A DNA stretch of 64,000 bases from Ginglymostoma cirratum (taxonomy: Eukaryota), in contig JAHRHZ010000263.1 in NCBI GenBank assembly GCA_024137785.1, positions 23,581,254 to 23,645,253 on the forward strand, in the 5' to 3' direction. The translations under genes were made by a program, and so were the position numbers. Shown in pieces: positions 63,180 to 64,000 of the stretch. Below the pieces are notes generated by a model. It worked only from the letters and a program-made list of their open reading frames with translations, did no database searches and had not been told where the DNA came from. Each line of letters begins with the position of its first letter. The first letter of the stretch is position 1.

Positions 63180-64000
63180 AATTACCCAGACTTAATACAT
63201 TCACTGTCCAAGCATGGACAAAAAGCTGAATTCCAGAGATGAGCTCAGAGACTGGCCTCGACATCAAGACAGCACTTTTTTGTGTGTGGCATTAAGAAGT
63301 CCTGGCAAAACTAAGGTCAATGGGAAACAGCGGAGCAAAGACTTAATTGGTTGGCATCATACCTAAAATCAAAAAGGAAGATTTCTTGGAGGCAGGTCAT
63401 TGCTACAGGACTTTTCTAGGTGTTGTCCATAGCTCACTATCTCAGCTACAACATCAATGACTTTCCCTCTAACATAATGTTAGAAGTCAGGATGCTCGTC
63501 AATCATTGTACAGTGTTCAATACCATTTCCAATTCCTCACATTCTGAAGGAGTCTATGTCTGATTGCAGTGGAATCCCTAGAACATTTAGTTCTGACTGA
63601 AAACTAACAAGTAATGTTTGCACTGCACAAGATCTATGCAATGATGTCCACAAAATAAAAAAAAATCTCTCCTTGATGTTAAATGGCATCGTCGTTGCTG
63701 AACCACAACCTTCAGCATCCTGCGGGTTACCATTTCCAGAAACTTTACAGGACAGGCCATATAAATACTGTGGAAATAAAAGGTCAGTTGGTCACAGGCT
63801 GGCAGTTCTGTAGTGAATAACTTCTGATTTGCCAGCTGCTTGGATGCGTCCACTTTAACATCACTCAAGAAGCTCAATACCAACCAAGACTAGGCAGCCT
63901 CTTTAATTGGGACCCTGCCCACCATATTCTCTGCCAGTAGTAGAGTAAGTGAATACTTAATGTTAGCAGTGTACCACCTTTAAGATACTCTGCAGCATTT
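63180..64000 (+). mobile_element. Decayed L2/CR1-group LINE RT fragment
   Basis: WTKxLNSRDE, LDIKTA and INDFPS remnants, colinear with 29200-29880 and 34100-34700. Confidence 0.7.

Noticed and set aside
1-64000. CRISPR arrays, operons, prokaryotic defence systems, intact transposase or viral genes
   Set aside because: No regularly spaced repeats or long intact ORFs. The DNA is intron-rich vertebrate sequence and all retroelement ORFs are disrupted.

Overview
Vertebrate genomic DNA, most likely from a cartilaginous fish (shark), judged from the HE1-like SINEs and the dense CR1/L2/Rex1/Penelope content. The one host gene is PAN3 (PAN2-PAN3 deadenylase subunit) on the + strand: a CpG-island promoter with a perfect NRF1 site, and coding exons 1-4 (19538-19898, 26460-26578, 54247-54319, 61730-61797). 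These splice in frame at GT-AG junctions, and the gene continues past the window. Most of the rest is decayed, often nested retroelements. The most striking unannotated signal is a set of Penelope-like element (PLE) termini carrying minimal hammerhead-ribozyme motifs (CUGAnGA-stem II-GAAA-CGUC). They occur at the 3' ends of RT/GIY-YIG remnants and also as tiny non-coding, TSD-flanked, often palindromic insertions. Inverted PLE-derived arms flank all three assembly gaps. Also noted: an L2/CR1-group LINE family whose endonuclease ORF follows directly on a tRNA-like head, a CR1 with a twin-priming-type 5' inversion, and candidate PAN3 regulatory features (uORF, alternative terminal exon, repeat-free intronic island). 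All repeat-family names were recognised by eye and repeat boundaries are approximate; no database search was run.
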